A DNA stretch of 64,000 nucleotides from Pseudomonadota bacterium (GTDB lineage Bacteria; Pseudomonadota; Alphaproteobacteria; Rhodobacterales; Rhodobacteraceae): positions 348,045-412,044 of the forward strand of contig JBCDCY010000001.1 of the NCBI GenBank assembly GCA_039180875.1, given 5' to 3'. Positions 31,433-40,588 of the stretch are shown here, piece by piece. The notes beneath the pieces are model-generated. The model had not been told where the DNA came from. It made no database searches and saw only the letters and a list, made by a program, of their open reading frames with translations. The first letter of the stretch is position 1. Each line of letters begins with the position of its first letter. A program made the position numbers and the translations under genes.

Positions 31433-32569
31433 ATGATGCGTATTCTTGATCGACTCATCGGCATTCAGCGCGTGACCGTGCCGGAGAATCAGCGGGCCCT
31501 GGTGCTGGAGAAGGGGCGGTTCCGCACGATCCTGACCCCGGGTCGGCACATCCTGCCGGCGCGCCATGTTGAGATCGAGTGGCACGACCTCGCCGCCGTG
31601 GGCTTCACCTCGACCTATGCCACCGCGCTCCTCAGCGAGCGGCCGGATCTGGTGGCCGCGCACTTGACCGAAGTGCGCACCGAGGCGGGCGAGGTGGCGC
31701 TGATCCTGCGCGACGGCCAGCCGATCTCGCTGCTGCAGCCGCTCAACGTGGCGAGGCTCTGGACGGCCGTCGGACCGTGGGAGGTGCAGCGCGTCTCGAT
31801 CGCCGACAGCCTGGCGCTTGAGCCGGTGATGGCAGCGCGCCTGGCGCGGTTCGGCCCGCACCGCTGGTTCACCCAGCACGAGGTGGCCGAGGGTGCGGTG
31901 GGTCTGCTGACCGTCGACGGCGTCGCCTCGGGCACGCTCGGGCCGGGAACGCACCGGTTCTGGAACGTCAGCCGCAAGGTCGAGGTGCGCCAGATCGACA
32001 CCCGCTGGCGGGCCTACGACGTCTCGGGTCAGGAGATCCTGACCAAGGACCGGGTGACGCTGCGCGTCAACCTCGGCGCCGAGTACCGCGTGACCGATCC
32101 CGAACGGGCGGCCCGCGCGGTGCGCGATTTCGAGGAGGCGCTGCACCGGGCGCTGCAGTTCGCCTTCCGGCGGACCCTCGGCGCGCTCACCCTCGACCAG
32201 CTGCTGGCCGAGAAGGTGGCGGTCGATGCCGAGGCGGCGGAACGAGTCCGGACCGAGATGGCGGAGATCGGGCTCGAGGTCGGGGCGATCGCGCTCAAGG
32301 ACGTGATCCTGCCGGGCGAGATGCGCGAGATCCTGAACCGCGTCGTGGCGGCCGAGAAGGAGGCGGAGGCGAGTGTCATCCGCCGGCGTGAGGAAACGAA
32401 CGCCACGCGGGCGCTCCTCAACACCGCCAAGGTGATGGCCGAGAACCCGGTCATGCTGCGGCTGAAGGAGCTCGAGGCGCTCGAGACCATCTCGGCCCGG
32501 GTCGGCATGCTGACGGTGCATAACGGTGCCGATGGCCTGATGACCGACCTGGTCAAGCTCCGCGACTGA
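31433..32569 (+). CDS. SPFH/band-7 (slipin-like) domain protein without N-terminal TM and with an inserted domain of about 140 aa
   Basis: SPFH core blocks VTVPENQRALVLEKGRFRTILTPGRHIL ... QEILTKDRVTLRVNLGAEYRVTDPERA ... coiled C-terminus (VVAAEKEAEASVIRRREE); RBS GAGGAGGG before the ATG. Confidence 0.7.
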   Translation: MMRILDRLIGIQRVTVPENQRALVLEKGRFRTILTPGRHILPARHVEIEWHDLAAVGFTSTYATALLSERPDLVAAHLTEVRTEAGEVALILRDGQPISLLQPLNVARLWTAVGPWEVQRVSIADSLALEPVMAARLARFGPHRWFTQHEVAEGAVGLLTVDGVASGTLGPGTHRFWNVSRKVEVRQIDTRWRAYDVSGQEILTKDRVTLRVNLGAEYRVTDPERAARAVRDFEEALHRALQFAFRRTLGALTLDQLLAEKVAVDAEAAERVRTEMAEIGLEVGAIALKDVILPGEMREILNRVVAAEKEAEASVIRRREETNATRALLNTAKVMAENPVMLRLKELEALETISARVGMLTVHNGADGLMTDLVKLRD

Positions 32570-32693
32570 ACCCTGCCCGCGCCTTCCGGGGCGCGGGCAT
32601 CCCGCCATCCCGCCCGGCGCGAATCCGCTGGACCTCACCCCGAGGGAGGGCTAAGCGAGCGGCGCGCATAAGCGCGTCAGCGGAGATAGGTGG

Positions 32694-33026
32694 ATGGCGG
32701 ACTTTCAGGTGGGCGACCTCGTCGTTCTCACATGCGGCTCGATGCGCATGGCGGTCGAGGGCGTGGACGAGGCGGGCGTCGCCTGCCTCTGGTGCCACGA
32801 AGGCGTCATCGGCCGCGACCGGTTCGACGCGAGGCTGCTGCGCAAGTGGGAGCATCGCGAGCCCGACGGCGACGACCGCCGGCCCAAGGGCGGCAAATCC
32901 TTCGGCGGCGACCGCGCCGGCGGCGGCCGCAAATACGCCGGCAACACCGACAAGCCCAAACCCAAACCGAAGACCGGCTGGGACGGCAAGCCGCGCGAAA
33001 AGACCTACTTCCGCAAGGACGGCTGA
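32694..33026 (+). CDS. DUF2158 (YodC-like) small protein with basic Gly/Lys/Pro-rich C-terminal tail
   Basis: FQVGDLVVLTCGSMRMAV...ACLWCHEGVIGRDRFDARLL matches the DUF2158 pattern; tail KPKPKPKTGWDGKPREK. Confidence 0.6.
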   Translation: MADFQVGDLVVLTCGSMRMAVEGVDEAGVACLWCHEGVIGRDRFDARLLRKWEHREPDGDDRRPKGGKSFGGDRAGGGRKYAGNTDKPKPKPKTGWDGKPREKTYFRKDG

Positions 33027-33499
33027 TGCCGCTGGGGCTGCTTCAGCCGGGCGCCACGGGGTTCTGGTCGCACAAGAAGGCACCCTTGCTCGAACACGAC
33101 CCGAAGGACTGCCGCCGCGTGGCCGAGGCCGTCGCACACGCCGCTGGCGCTGCCCATTGGTCGGTCGCGCCGATGCCTGAGGACGAACCGCACGAGACCT
33201 TCCGCCGGTTCACGGTCCCCGTGGCCGACGGCATGCTGCAATGCCTTACCCATCGCTACCTCCGCATCACGGCCCTGGTGCCCGAGGATTGGAACGTCTG
33301 GGACCCGGTGTTTCCCGAGATCATCTGCGATGCCGATCAGGTGCAGCGCGAGGTCGGCTGGACCCTAGCGACCTCGTATGAGCTGAACGCGCCGCTAGAC
33401 AGCGACACCGCCGCTGCGCTCTCGAAAGCAGAGCTTGAGATGGCGAAGGGCTGGCAGGCAGGCTCGGCTGGCGCGATCCTCTTCAATGCGTGGGATTGA
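33026..33499 (+). CDS. hypothetical protein, translationally coupled to the DUF2158 gene (ATGA overlap) and ending 3 nt before the trpA start codon
   Basis: 157-aa ORF with high GC3; start overlaps the upstream stop; no recognisable domain. Confidence 0.45.
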   Translation: MPLGLLQPGATGFWSHKKAPLLEHDPKDCRRVAEAVAHAAGAAHWSVAPMPEDEPHETFRRFTVPVADGMLQCLTHRYLRITALVPEDWNVWDPVFPEIICDADQVQREVGWTLATSYELNAPLDSDTAAALSKAELEMAKGWQAGSAGAILFNAWD

Positions 33500-33502
33500 G
33501 GG

Positions 33503-34294
33503 ATGGGACGGATCGAGGAGACATTCGCGGGATTGAAGGCAAAGGGACAAAAAGCCTTCGTCGCGTTCGTCATGGCCGGCGATCCGGACTACGACCGGGC
33601 ATTGGAGATCGTCCGGGGCTTGCCCGGGGCCGGGGTCGATATCATCGAGCTCGGCATGCCGTTCACCGATCCGATGGCCGATGGTCCGGCGATCCAGCGG
33701 GCTGGGCAGCGGGCGCTAGCGGCGGGCATGACGCTCACCCGAACCCTCGACCTGGTCAGGGCCTTTCGCACCGGGGACGACACGACGCCCATCGTGCTGA
33801 TGGGCTACTACAACCCGATCTACGCCCGGGGCGTCACCGCCTTTCTGGCGGAGGCGGCGGAGGCCGGGGTGGACGGTCTGATCGTGGTCGACCTGCCGCC
33901 GGAGGAGGACAGCGAGCTTTGCCTTCCGGCCCAGGAAGCGGGCCTCGACTTCATTCGCCTGGCGACGCCTACCACGGACGACGCGCGGTTGCCGGCGGTG
34001 CTGCGCAACACTTCGGGCTTCGTCTACTACGTCTCGATCACCGGCATCACCGGCGCGGCAGAGGCCTCGGCCGGCGCTGTCGGGCCGGAGGTGGCGCGCC
34101 TGAAAGCCGCCACCGGTCTGCCGGTCTGCGTCGGCTTCGGTATCAAGACACCGGAGGCGGCCCAGGCCATCGCCGGCATCGCCGACGGTGCGGTCGTGGG
34201 CTCGGCCATCGTCGATCGCATCGGGGCCGGCGAAAAGACAGCAGAGGTGCTTCGCTTCGTCGCCAGCCTGGCCGAGGCGACGCACAGCGCTTAG
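33503..34294 (+). CDS. trpA: tryptophan synthase alpha chain
   Basis: [49 protein letters not shown] TrpA signature. Confidence 0.95.
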   Translation: MGRIEETFAGLKAKGQKAFVAFVMAGDPDYDRALEIVRGLPGAGVDIIELGMPFTDPMADGPAIQRAGQRALAAGMTLTRTLDLVRAFRTGDDTTPIVLMGYYNPIYARGVTAFLAEAAEAGVDGLIVVDLPPEEDSELCLPAQEAGLDFIRLATPTTDDARLPAVLRNTSGFVYYVSITGITGAAEASAGAVGPEVARLKAATGLPVCVGFGIKTPEAAQAIAGIADGAVVGSAIVDRIGAGEKTAEVLRFVASLAEATHSA

Positions 34295-34339
34295 GCCGCC
34301 CCGGGACGCATCTGCTCCCCAGGACGGCCGATGCAAGCC

Positions 34340-34603
34340 TTACTGCTCGGCTTGCTCAAGGTTGTTGGTCTCGATGTCCTGCTCCAGCTCGCGATATTCG
34401 TCGCGGTCGAGCTGGTTGTTGCCGTCGCCGTCATAGGTGTTGAAGACGATCTCGGAGACCAGCGCGTAGGCCGACGTCACCTCTTCCGGCGAAAGCGCGC
34501 CGTCCCGATTGTCGTCGATGGTCTGGAACGAAAAGGTCGGGGCCGCGATCGCGGCGCCGGCAAAGGCGATGGTTGCAACGGTGGCATAGGCGAGCCGTTT
34601 CAT
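34340..34603 (-). CDS. secreted EF-hand calcium-binding protein
   Basis: Signal peptide MKRLAYATVATIAFAGAAIA; two EF-hand loops DDNRDGALSPEE and DGDGNNQLDRDE; GGAGG RBS before the ATG at 34603. Confidence 0.6.
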   Translation of the reverse strand: MKRLAYATVATIAFAGAAIAAPTFSFQTIDDNRDGALSPEEVTSAYALVSEIVFNTYDGDGNNQLDRDEYRELEQDIETNNLEQAEQ

Positions 34604-34890
34604 CTGAGATGTCCTCCAGTGGTCAGTCTTGGCGTGTGGCGCGACCGGGCATCTGCCGAGGTCGGCGGCGGTGGTCAGTGAACGCGACCGGACCGAAGCG
34701 GTTCCCATCGGAGCCGAAGAGTCTTCGGCCTCGACCGGGCAGACCCCCAATGAGCGGACGGTCACTGGCGAGCGAAGACTATCTTGGAGGAGCGGCGATA
34801 CGGGAGCGACGGACGCGCCGGTCTGTCCGCCGCTGCGCACTGAAAGGGGTGGGCGCGCACCGGCGCCCACCCCAGTAGGTCACCCGTAGG

Positions 34891-35883
34891 TCAGTTCAGC
34901 GCCGCGTCGGTGACGACGTGGGTCCAGGCGGCCTCGCCCGGATCCGCGGTGATCACCGGGTCGGAGCCGCCGGCCAGCAGTGTCGACACCGTGCGCTCGA
35001 AGTCCGCCGGGTCAAGCGCCCCGTTGGAGCCTGCGGTGAGCTTGGCGATCTCGCCCATCATGCGCTTCTGGTGGGTCTCCGTCTGGGCCCCCGTCGCGTC
35101 GTTGTCGAGCACGATGAGCGCGGCGTCGTCTGGGTTCTCCTCCGCCCATTTCCAGCCGCGCATGGAGGCGCGGACGAAGCGGGCCATGGCATCGACGAAC
35201 TCCGGATCCTCGAGCCGCTCCTCCAGCACGTAGATCCCGTCCTCGAGCGTCGCCACACCCTGATCCTCATACTTGAAGGTGATCAGCTCGTCGGGCGATA
35301 CGCCGGCGTCGATCACCTGCCAGTACTCGTTGTAGGTCATTGTGGAGATGCAGTCGGCCTGGCGCTGCAGCAGCGGATCGACGTTGAAGCCCTGCTTCAA
35401 CACCGTCACGCCCTCTTCCCCACCATCGGTCGGGATGCCGAGCTGGCTCATCCAGCTCAGGAACGGATACTCGTTGCCGAAGAACCAGACGCCGATGGTC
35501 CGGCCACGGAAGTCCTCCGGGCTGGTGATGCCGGTGTCCTTCCAGCAGGTGAGCATCAGGCCCGAGGACTTGAAGGGCTGGGCGATGTTGACCACCGGCA
35601 AGCCCTTTTCCCGGGCGGCGAGCGCCGAGGGCATCCAGTTCAGCATCACGTCGGCTCCGCCGCCGGCCAGCACCTGGGGCGGCGCGATGTCAGGCCCACC
35701 GGGGAGGATGGTGACGTCGAGCCCCTCCTCCTCGTAATAGCCATTGTCGAGCGCCACGTAGTAGCCGGCGAACTGGGCCTGGGTGACCCACTGAAGCTGC
35801 AGGCGTACCTCGTCCTGCGCCATGGCAGGGGCCGCGGTGAGGGAGAGCGCGCCCACCACCGCCGCTGTAAGAGACTGTTTCAT
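34891..35883 (-). CDS. ABC transporter substrate-binding protein (NitT/TauT, NMT1/THI5-like)
   Basis: Signal peptide; NMT1-like periplasmic binding fold; adjacent to two permeases and an ATPase. Confidence 0.85.
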   Translation of the reverse strand: MKQSLTAAVVGALSLTAAPAMAQDEVRLQLQWVTQAQFAGYYVALDNGYYEEEGLDVTILPGGPDIAPPQVLAGGGADVMLNWMPSALAAREKGLPVVNIAQPFKSSGLMLTCWKDTGITSPEDFRGRTIGVWFFGNEYPFLSWMSQLGIPTDGGEEGVTVLKQGFNVDPLLQRQADCISTMTYNEYWQVIDAGVSPDELITFKYEDQGVATLEDGIYVLEERLEDPEFVDAMARFVRASMRGWKWAEENPDDAALIVLDNDATGAQTETHQKRMMGEIAKLTAGSNGALDPADFERTVSTLLAGGSDPVITADPGEAAWTHVVTDAALN

Positions 35884-35916
35884 CCTGATCCTTCCTGTCG
35901 AACACGCATCCGCGGT

Positions 35917-36756
35917 CTAGCTGCGCTGCCCCGGATGCCAGAACGTGGCCGCCCTCTCCAGGAGCGTGACCACACCGTAAAACGCGGATCCGGCCAGGGC
36001 CGCGACCGCGATCTCCGCCCACACCATGTCGAGCGCCAAACGCCCGATCTCGGTCGAGATGCGAAAGCCCATCCCCACGATGGGTGTGCCGAAAAACTCT
36101 GCGACGATTGCCCCGATCAGCGCAAGCGTGGTGCAGATCTTCAGGCCGTTGAAGATCAGGGGCGCCGCGGCCGGCAGGCGCAGCTTCCACAGCGTCTGCC
36201 AGTAGCTTGCCGCATAGGTGCGCATCAGGTCGCGCTGCATCGCCTCCGCCGCCCGCAGGCCCTGCACCGTGTTCACCAGCACCGGGAAGAACACCATGAC
36301 GATCACCACGGCCGCCTTCGACTGCCAGTCGAAGCCGAACCACATCACCATGATCGGCGCGATGCCGACGATCGGCAGGGCCGCGGCCAGATTGCCGATG
36401 GGCAGCAGCCCCCGCTGCAGAAACGGCGAGCGGTCGATGGCGATCGCCGTCAGGATCGCGGCGCCGCAGCCCATGGCGTAGCCCGGCAGCACGGCCCGGA
36501 TGAAGGTCTGCTGGAAGTCCGCCCAGAGCGTCGGCACCTCACCAACCAGCCGGGCCCAGATGTCGGTCGGGGCCGGCAGAATGACGAGCGGCACGTCGAA
36601 GCCGCGCACCGTACCCTCCCACAACGCCAGGATCGCCGCCCCGAAGAGCGCTGCCACCAGCACCCTTGTCCAGCGCCCGTCTCCCCGGCGGGTCAGCCAG
36701 ACATTGGTGGCCCAGGCAGCGAGCCAGAAGACCAGCGCCAGCAGAAACGGCGTCAC
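35917..36756 (-). CDS. ABC transporter permease (NitT/TauT family)
   Basis: 6-TM BPD_transp_1 type with EAA-like loop. Confidence 0.85.
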   Translation of the reverse strand: MTPFLLALVFWLAAWATNVWLTRRGDGRWTRVLVAALFGAAILALWEGTVRGFDVPLVILPAPTDIWARLVGEVPTLWADFQQTFIRAVLPGYAMGCGAAILTAIAIDRSPFLQRGLLPIGNLAAALPIVGIAPIMVMWFGFDWQSKAAVVIVMVFFPVLVNTVQGLRAAEAMQRDLMRTYAASYWQTLWKLRLPAAAPLIFNGLKICTTLALIGAIVAEFFGTPIVGMGFRISTEIGRLALDMVWAEIAVAALAGSAFYGVVTLLERAATFWHPGQRS

Positions 36757-37616
36757 TGCGCGAGGCCGATGCGGCGCAGCGTCAGCCGCTGCAAGAGGCC
36801 GATCGCCCCCACCATCAGCCCGGCGCAGACCGCCGCGCCGATCAGGGCCGACCAGATCACCATCATCTGCCCGTAGTAGCTGCCATTGAGCAGTCGCGCC
36901 CCGAAGCCGCCCTGGGCGCCGGTCGGCAACTCTCCGATGATCGCGCCCACCAGGGCAATGGCGATCGCCACCTTGAGCGAGGGGAAGAGGAACGGCAGGG
37001 AGGCCGGCAATCGCAGCTTCCAGAGGATCTGCCAGCGGCTGGCGTTGTAGGTGCGCATCAGGTCGAGCTGCGCCACCTCGGGGCTGCGCAGACCCGCCAC
37101 CATGCCTACCACCACCGGGAAGAAGGAGAGATAGGCCGAGATCACCGATTTCGCGATCAGGCCGGAGACCCCGACGGAGTAGAGCACCACGATGATCATC
37201 GGCGCGACGGCGAGGATCGGGATGGTCTGGCTGGCGATCACCCAGGGCATCACGCTCATGTCCATGGCCCGGTTGTGCACGATGCCGACGGCGAGCAGGA
37301 TGCCGAGGCCGGTGCCGAGGAGGAAGCCGACCAACGTCGCCTCCAGGGTGATCCAGCCGTGGTAGATCAGGCTGCGCTTGGAGGTCGGGCGGGTCTCCAC
37401 CGTGGTCTTCCAGAGCTCAGCCGCCACTTGGTGCGGCGCGGGCAAGACCGGACGCTCCTGGCTCCAGGTGTCGGCGACGAAGGCGCTGGGGGTGAGCGTG
37501 ACGCCGGCATTCTCCGCCTGGCGCCGGGTCCAGTCGGCGTTGAGCGACACCGCCCCGGCGTACCAGACGCAGATCAATGCCGCGACGACGGTGAGGACGG
37601 GGAGGACGGATCTCAT
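36753..37616 (-). CDS. ABC transporter permease (NitT/TauT family)
   Basis: Second permease; 4-nt overlap with the downstream permease. Confidence 0.85.
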   Translation of the reverse strand: MRSVLPVLTVVAALICVWYAGAVSLNADWTRRQAENAGVTLTPSAFVADTWSQERPVLPAPHQVAAELWKTTVETRPTSKRSLIYHGWITLEATLVGFLLGTGLGILLAVGIVHNRAMDMSVMPWVIASQTIPILAVAPMIIVVLYSVGVSGLIAKSVISAYLSFFPVVVGMVAGLRSPEVAQLDLMRTYNASRWQILWKLRLPASLPFLFPSLKVAIAIALVGAIIGELPTGAQGGFGARLLNGSYYGQMMVIWSALIGAAVCAGLMVGAIGLLQRLTLRRIGLAQ

Positions 37617-37653
37617 GCCCGGGGCTCCGGCGGCGGGGTGGCGCGGCGATGGG

Positions 37654-38445
37654 TCAAAGCGTCTCCCCCTCCTGGTCGGAATGGCCGGCCCGCAAGCCGT
37701 CCCGCACCCGATGGGCGACGGCCAGAAATTCCGGGCTTTCGCGGATGTCGAGCGGCCGGTCCGTGGGCAATGGGCTGTCGATGACGTCGACGATGCGGCC
37801 GGGTCGTGGGCTCATCACCACAATGCGGGTGGAGAGAAACACCGCCTCCGGGATCGAGTGGGTGACGAAGCAGATCGTCTTGCCGGTCTCGCGCCAGAGC
37901 CGCAGCAGCTCCTCGTTCAGGCGGTCCCGCACGATCTCGTCAAGCGCGCCGAAGGGCTCGTCCATCAGCAGCAGGTCCGCGTCGAAGGCCAGCGCCCGGG
38001 CGATGGAGGCGCGCTGCTGCATGCCCCCCGAAAGCTGCCAGGGATACTTGCCGTCGAAGCCCTCGAGCTCCACCAGCTTCAGCACCCGCGCCACCCGGGC
38101 CTGCCGCTCCGCCCGATCGTAGCCCATGATCTCGAGCGGCAGGGCGATGTTCCGGGCAATGGTGCGCCAGGGATAAAGGCCCGCCGCCTGAAAGACATAG
38201 CCGTAAGCACGGGCCAGTCGCGCCGCCTCCGCCGTGCCGCCGTTGACGCAGACGGTCCCGCCCGTCGGCTGTTCGAGATCGGCGACAACGCGCAGAAAGG
38301 TGGTCTTGCCGCAGCCCGACGGGCCGATGAAGGAGACGAAATCGCCTGCGCCGACCGACAGATTGACGTCGGAGAGCGCGTGGACCGGGCCGTCCCGCGT
38401 CTCGAACGTCAACTCCAACCCTTCGGCCTCGATCACCGCCGCCAC
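37654..38445 (-). CDS. ABC transporter ATP-binding protein
   Basis: Walker A GPSGCGKTT, ABC signature LSGGMQQRASIA, Walker B LLLMDEPFGALD. Confidence 0.9.
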   Translation of the reverse strand: MAAVIEAEGLELTFETRDGPVHALSDVNLSVGAGDFVSFIGPSGCGKTTFLRVVADLEQPTGGTVCVNGGTAEAARLARAYGYVFQAAGLYPWRTIARNIALPLEIMGYDRAERQARVARVLKLVELEGFDGKYPWQLSGGMQQRASIARALAFDADLLLMDEPFGALDEIVRDRLNEELLRLWRETGKTICFVTHSIPEAVFLSTRIVVMSPRPGRIVDVIDSPLPTDRPLDIRESPEFLAVAHRVRDGLRAGHSDQEGETL

Positions 38446-38536
38446 GGCCCCTCCACACGCTGCACCGCAGCAGAAGGGCCGATTGGACGGGGGAGGTCAA
38501 GGCATCCATAGAGAATGCGATAACACGCAAAGTGCC

Positions 38537-38567
38537 AAAAAAAAGCTCCGCTTTTGCGGAGCTTTTC
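38537..38567 (-). terminator. rho-independent (bidirectional-looking) terminator downstream of the MazF-like gene
   Basis: A8 - gctccgc tttt gcggagc - T4; on the minus strand the hairpin is followed by T8. Confidence 0.75.
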
Positions 38568-38671
38568 TGCGCCGTTCCAGGAATTGTAATCTTCCGGCGG
38601 AACGACGGCCCTTGGTAGGGTCTTAGGCGCGGATCACAAGGAGAGCCGCTCACGATTTCTAATGTGATAGA

Positions 38672-39094
38672 TCAAAGGTGTTTCGTCAAGGTTGACAGTC
38701 CAATTCCGTGCAGAACGCAACGCCGTACTTTCCTAAAAACGTCCGGTGGAAGCGGCTTCTCCTGATAGCGCCGTCTTCCAGTTCGATCCTTGCCGAGGCG
38801 GATCAGATCTACCCGTTGGAAGCCGACCGCATTGACCATATCGCCCTTAACCCAGCAGCGGCTGGCCAAGTTCCTCGGAAGCTGAAGGGGCACATCGATC
38901 TCTGTGTGATATGGCTGCACAGGGTTTGGAGCCGTCGTGCTAAGCGCCACCACAGTGACCAGCTGGGCGCGCGCTTTAATATTTGGAGACAGCACAACAG
39001 CCGGCCGTTTTTTGACCATTTCGGGCTCGACGAACCCGCTCGAGAAATCGACGAACACAATGGCGCCCTGCGCCGGGTGATATTTAATCGTCAT
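38672..39094 (-). CDS. MazF/PemK-family type II toxin (endoribonuclease) homolog, no adjacent antitoxin recognised
   Basis: AIVFVDFSSGFVEPEMVKKRPAVVLSPN...LVTVVALSTT parallels E. coli MazF GDLIWVDFDPTKGSEQAGHRPAVVLSPF...CVPCTT; locus is visibly lower in GC than its flanks; start is 13 nt after the hydantoinase stop. Confidence 0.7.
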   Translation of the reverse strand: MTIKYHPAQGAIVFVDFSSGFVEPEMVKKRPAVVLSPNIKARAQLVTVVALSTTAPNPVQPYHTEIDVPLQLPRNLASRCWVKGDMVNAVGFQRVDLIRLGKDRTGRRRYQEKPLPPDVFRKVRRCVLHGIGLSTLTKHL

Positions 39095-39107
39095 CCTGCG
39101 CGCAGTA

Positions 39108-40571
39108 TCACACCCCCGCCGGCATTTTCGCCGGGTCGCGCACCACCTTGCGCGGGGCCGTGAGTTCCTTCCAGGTCGAGAGTGCCTTGGCGACGGAGGG
39201 GTAGGCGGTGCGCTCGATGAACTTGCCGCGGCCGGGCGCCGGCTCGACGTTCTGGCCGGCGGAGTAGACCACCTCTCCCCGCGACAGGGTGTAGCGCGGC
39301 AGGGCGGAGACCTTCACGCCCTCGAAGACGTTATAGTCGATGGCGGAGGTCTGGGCGGCGGCGTTGATCGTCTTCTCCCGCTTGGGGTCCCAGACCACGA
39401 TGTCGGCATCAGCGCCGGGCACGATCGCGCCCTTCCGCGGATAGGTGTTGAGGATCCGCGCGATGTTGGTCGACGTCGCCGCCACGAACTCCTCCGGCGT
39501 CAGCCGCCCGGTCTCCACCCCGTAGGTCCAGAGCACGGGCATCCGATCCTCGAGCCCGCCTGTGCCGTTCGGGATCTTGGTGAAGTCGCCGATGCCGAAG
39601 CGCTTCTGCTCGGTGGTGAAGGCACAGTGGTCGGTCGCCACCACCTGCAGCGAGCCCGCCTGCAGGCCGGCCCACAGGCTCGCCTGATGATCCTTGGAGC
39701 GGAAGGGCGGCGACATCACCCGGCGCGCCGCATGGTCCCAGTTGGGGTTCCGATACTCGCTCTCGTCCAGCACCAGATGCTGGATCAGCGGCTCGCCGTA
39801 GACCCGCTGGCCCTTCTGCCTGGCCCGCCGGATCGCCTCATGCGCCTGCTCGCAGGAGACATGCACGATGTAGAGCGGCACGCCCGCGGCATCGGCGATC
39901 ATGATGGCGCGATTGGCGGCCTCGCCCTCCACCTCCGGCGGGCGGGAGAAGGCGTGGGCCTCCGGCCCGTCATTGCCCTCGGCCATCAATTTGGCCTGCA
40001 TCGCGGCCACGACGTCGCCGTTCTCGGCATGGACGAGGGGCATGGCGCCGATCTCGGCGCAGCGCTGGAAGGAGGCGAACATCTCGTCATCGTCCACCAT
40101 CAGCGCGCCCTTGTAGGCCATGAAGTGCTTGAAGGTGTTGACGCCGCGGGCCACGACCTCCGGCATCTCGTTGAACACCTGCTCGCCCCACCAGGTGATG
40201 GCCATGTGCCAAGCATAGTCGGCGACGGCCTTCTTATGCGACTTGGCGTGCCAGGCCTCCCACGCTTCCAGGAGCGATTGGCCGGGCGCCGGCAGGCAGA
40301 AATCGACGACCGTGGTGGTGCCGCCGGAGATCGCGGCGCGGGTCCCGCTCTCGAAATCGTCGGTGGAGTGGGTGCCCATGAACGGCATCTCGAGATGCAC
40401 ATGCGGGTCGATGCCGCCGGGCATCACATAGGCGCCGTCCGCCTCGATGGTCTCATCGCCCGAGAGGTTCTCGCCCACCGCCGCGATGGTCTCGCCCTCG
40501 ATCAACACATCCGCCGCGAACTGCCGGTCCGCCGTGACGACCGTGCCGCCCTTGATGACTTTGCTCATGGT
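39108..40571 (-). CDS. hydA: D-hydantoinase / dihydropyrimidinase
   Basis: Cyclic amidohydrolase motifs GGIDPHVHL, carboxylated-Lys region; 487 aa; start MSKVIKGGTVV. Confidence 0.9.
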   Translation of the reverse strand, partial: TMSKVIKGGTVVTADRQFAADVLIEGETIAAVGENLSGDETIEADGAYVMPGGIDPHVHLEMPFMGTHSTDDFESGTRAAISGGTTTVVDFCLPAPGQSLLEAWEAWHAKSHKKAVADYAWHMAITWWGEQVFNEMPEVVARGVNTFKHFMAYKGALMVDDDEMFASFQRCAEIGAMPLVHAENGDVVAAMQAKLMAEGNDGPEAHAFSRPPEVEGEAANRAIMIADAAGVPLYIVHVSCEQAHEAIRRARQKGQRVYGEPLIQHLVLDESEYRNPNWDHAARRVMSPPFRSKDHQASLWAGLQAGSLQVVATDHCAFTTEQKRFGIGDFTKIPNGTGGLEDRMPVLWTYGVETGRLTPEEFVAATSTNIARILNTYPRKGAIVPGADADIVVWDPKREKTINAAAQTSAIDYNVFEGVKVSALPRYTLSRGEVVYSAGQNVEPAPGRGKFIERTAYPSVAKALSTWKELTAPRKVVRDPAKMPAGV

Positions 40572-40588
40572 TTCGCATCCCTGCACCG

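Noticed and set aside
30749-33502. Integrase-carrying genomic island at the tRNA-like site
   Set aside because: No integrase, recombinase or transposase ORF and no direct repeat of the tRNA 3' end found at the trpA-proximal boundary; only a three-gene islet is supported
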